Assembly: GCA_963664115.2 (NCBI GenBank)
Contig: CAXWPJ010000009.1
Location: forward strand, 1,184,001-1,248,000
Direction: 5' to 3'
Length of the DNA stretch: 64,000 nt
Source: Terriglobia bacterium
GTDB lineage: Bacteria; Acidobacteriota; Terriglobia; 20CM-2-55-15
The translations under genes were made by a program, and so were the position numbers. This document shows, piece by piece, positions 61,317-64,000 of this stretch. Within the stretch, counting starts at the first letter, position 1, and every line of letters begins with the position of its first letter. The notes under the pieces are model-generated. The model was not told the origin of the DNA, ran no database searches, and saw only the letters and a program-made list of their open reading frames with translations.

Positions 61317-63995
61317 GTGCTCATTATGCATTTCGCAGAAAGACTTTTCTTCTGGAACACCTTCCTTCATCTCAGCCAGTTTCTGTTGAACACCGCTTTC
61401 GGGTATTACGATCATGTTTACGGGATTGCGGTGGGCTGGGTGCTCACGTCCGTCCTTTTGGCGTTCTTCTACTTCCTGGAAGATAGAATCAGTCACTACG
61501 TCTCCTCTTTTGCGTTTATCTCTTATTCGATCGTTCTCGTATACAACCTTGTCAGCGATCTCCACTGGCATGTTTTTGGAACCCCCTTTTCATACGCCCG
61601 CCTAGTTGAAGGCGCCCCCTTTGTGTATGAATATCTGACGGTCTCTTCCGTTCTGACGGGTGTAGCCGACGGGTATTCTTACCTCGTGTTCGCGTTGAGT
61701 TTTCTGGCATTGCTGGGTCCATTCATCCGCCTTCCTCGGAAGTTTCCTCTCAGGTTTCATCGACTGTACTGGAGATACGCGGGGATAGTTGGAGTTGGCT
61801 GTGCCAGCGTGCTGTTTGTCTTGAGTCCTACGGGGAGACGCGACTCGCTCTGGGGTTTCATGAATCAGGCGTTTTTGGTGACGAACGCCGACTTTCAGCA
61901 GAGAGCGGTCCATCAGCCTCTGCGTCTCTTCCTTCCGGAGAATAACTTCGAACCGGCCCCGCTGTTAGAACTCCCCCCCGACAGGCCGCGACCGAACATC
62001 CTCGTCATTAATTTGGAATCCGTTGGCGCTTCCTACATTTCTTCTTACGACATGCGGCCGGACGTTCGGATGGAACATTTCGATCAGCTTGCAAGCACCG
62101 GCATCCTCGGAATGCGGCATTACAGCGTATTGGGAGGCTCGTCGCACGGAAATGACTGGGCGCTGTTGACCGGACTGTATGCACCCAGCTTCGGCCCCAC
62201 GCCCTTTAGCGGCGACCGGTCGATTCTGCAGAAAAACCTACTCTCTTACGGGAAACAGGCCGGTTATAGAACAGGCAGCTTCGTCACTGACTTCACGGCA
62301 TATCGGGAGTACTACAAGTTATTCAAGCATCCGGACTGCGACGTTTTTTATGACGCTAAATCTTCAGAATTGAGCCTCTTTCCCGGAGAGTTGACCGTTG
62401 AAGAAAAAATGGCGCGGCTCCTGTTTCGTGAAATTGACTCACCGCTTGACGAGCCCTTTATGTATTTCTATAAGACCAATAACGGACATTGGCCATATCT
62501 CTCCCGACAGGGAGACGAGAGTATGTCTCCCCTTGATCGCTATAAACTCGCTCTTGGGGAGAACGACATGGTTTTGGGCGAGATCGTCGCGGGCCTGAAA
62601 GAAAGGGGACTATTCGAGAACACCATCATCCTGGTCACCGGCGATCACGGTGAATCGTTTCAGGAACACGAAAACTTGAGCATGCATTCGGGGGGCGTGT
62701 ATGAGGAATTGGTCCATGTTCCTTTTGTGATTTCATATCCGGAGTACATTGCGGAGCCGATCGTAATTGGCCAAATCACATCTCATCTCGACATCCTGCC
62801 CACGCTTCTCGATCTGGCCGGCCTCGGAACGGAGGAGTTCGATGAACTGGAAGGCTACAGTTTGATCCGGACACTGCCTCCGAACCGGATGATCTTTACC
62901 GTAAACGGCGATGACGGAACGGTGAACGGCGTAATCCAGAACGAGTATAAATTTATCCGAAAGTACTCTACCGATACCGAAATGTTGTATGACCTGTCAA
63001 AGGACCCGTTGGAGGAAATCAACATTGTTCAATTCCAGCCTGCGATTGCGGACTCTCTTCGGGAGTATGAAAAAACCTGGGTGGCGCACCGGCAGCAGCC
63101 GTGGGGCAGATCCCGCTACATGAATCCGGAATCGCTTGTCGAGAGTGATGTAGCGATTGTGGGTAACGTTGACGTTGATGTGTTTCTCAACGGGGACAGG
63201 CTTGCAACCCTATCGGACGCGAAAAACTTGAGTCTTCCGGTTCAATTCAAGGAAGGCCATAACTTTGTAGCCATTACAGGTTTCGTGAGGTCCCGGGGGA
63301 CGAATACCAGCTTACGCGTGCTGGTACGATCGATGGGTACGCAAATCGACACGGGTCCCGGGTGGCAAATTTCAAGCTCGCCTGAATATGTTCTCAGCCG
63401 CGCATGGCTCGACCAGACGACCGAACCCGACGAATGGGCCAGCCCCGTGGTGATACATAAAAGAGTACCCGACTACATCGAGTTTAGAGACGAAAACTGG
63501 ATTGAACTGGATCGACGAAAACCGTTTGTTCTGCGCCTGGATTTCGAGGTGGCCGATGGAAGACTCGTAGCAAATGAGTTGCCCCGTTGGTTGAACATCA
63601 ACGCGAATAGCCGCTTTCAACTCTTCATAGACGGTATGCCTGCGGGTTCCGGAGCAGACGACACTTACAGGTTCGCTTTTCCCCGACTCGACGGCGAAAG
63701 GCCTGAAATTCTCGTAGCCGCCTATGATGATGGAGGAAGGTTTGGCTTGTTGACGGCTGGCCGTCTTGGGGGATACGACCTCAAGAGCACTCCCGAGAAT
63801 TGGGAATCGCTGGGAAACATGACGTATGAGGAATGGACAGGCTTGTCGGACGACCAGAAGCGTTCCAGCAGATGGACACGGCCTCAGATCAACGAGAGTT
63901 ACCAGGTAGACGGGGACTGGGGGCAGGATGCGAAGAGGCTGTGGGCGCCGAACCAGGAAAGTGGAAGTGTCCTGTTTCGCTACGTGTACGAATAG
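61317..63995 (+). CDS. Membrane-anchored sulfatase/LTA-synthase-like protein with long C-terminal extension
   Basis: N-terminal TMs, PNILVINLES, HWPY, TGDHGE, HVPF, SHLDILPTLL, LYDLSKDP.E; start uncertain. Confidence 0.82.
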   Translation: MLIMHFAERLFFWNTFLHLSQFLLNTAFGYYDHVYGIAVGWVLTSVLLAFFYFLEDRISHYVSSFAFISYSIVLVYNLVSDLHWHVFGTPFSYARLVEGAPFVYEYLTVSSVLTGVADGYSYLVFALSFLALLGPFIRLPRKFPLRFHRLYWRYAGIVGVGCASVLFVLSPTGRRDSLWGFMNQAFLVTNADFQQRAVHQPLRLFLPENNFEPAPLLELPPDRPRPNILVINLESVGASYISSYDMRPDVRMEHFDQLASTGILGMRHYSVLGGSSHGNDWALLTGLYAPSFGPTPFSGDRSILQKNLLSYGKQAGYRTGSFVTDFTAYREYYKLFKHPDCDVFYDAKSSELSLFPGELTVEEKMARLLFREIDSPLDEPFMYFYKTNNGHWPYLSRQGDESMSPLDRYKLALGENDMVLGEIVAGLKERGLFENTIILVTGDHGESFQEHENLSMHSGGVYEELVHVPFVISYPEYIAEPIVIGQITSHLDILPTLLDLAGLGTEEFDELEGYSLIRTLPPNRMIFTVNGDDGTVNGVIQNEYKFIRKYSTDTEMLYDLSKDPLEEINIVQFQPAIADSLREYEKTWVAHRQQPWGRSRYMNPESLVESDVAIVGNVDVDVFLNGDRLATLSDAKNLSLPVQFKEGHNFVAITGFVRSRGTNTSLRVLVRSMGTQIDTGPGWQISSSPEYVLSRAWLDQTTEPDEWASPVVIHKRVPDYIEFRDENWIELDRRKPFVLRLDFEVADGRLVANELPRWLNINANSRFQLFIDGMPAGSGADDTYRFAFPRLDGERPEILVAAYDDGGRFGLLTAGRLGGYDLKSTPENWESLGNMTYEEWTGLSDDQKRSSRWTRPQINESYQVDGDWGQDAKRLWAPNQESGSVLFRYVYE

Positions 63996-64000
63996 CCCCC

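Overview
Bacterial chromosomal window, probably Acidobacteriota (inferred from the gene set and the style of the Ser/Thr-kinase fragments). Three core blocks: hisS-aspS-mutL-HU (0-5 kb); cysQ, an ABC exporter, rho, engB, lon, clpX, clpP, tig and tRNA-Leu (29.6-41.8 kb); and DUF885, PafA-type phosphatase, S9 peptidase and a sulfatase-like gene (54.3-64 kb). Two accessory regions interrupt them. (1) About 5.7-29.5 kb is an IS-riddled glycan-modification island: Maf-type transferase, GT2, GT41-like protein, sugar C- and O-methyltransferases, two DegT aminotransferases, radical SAM/SPASM, WbqC, sulfotransferase and CysC, with a tmRNA-3'-like att scar. (2) 41.8-54.2 kb is an island in tRNA-Leu(TAG) that duplicates the 5' half of the tRNA rather than the usual 3' end. 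Inside it the same module occurs three times: a 40-bp site (paired as inverted repeats in two modules), a fixed-spacing TAAA-N18-TTA motif, a truncated Ser/Thr-kinase start, then unrelated cargo genes, resembling a cassette array. An IS1111-type IS110 element sits exactly in one 40-bp site, and its downstream non-coding region carries guide-like matches to that site and to its own circle junction (bridge/seek-RNA architecture). Product calls come from motif recognition by eye; no database searches were run.
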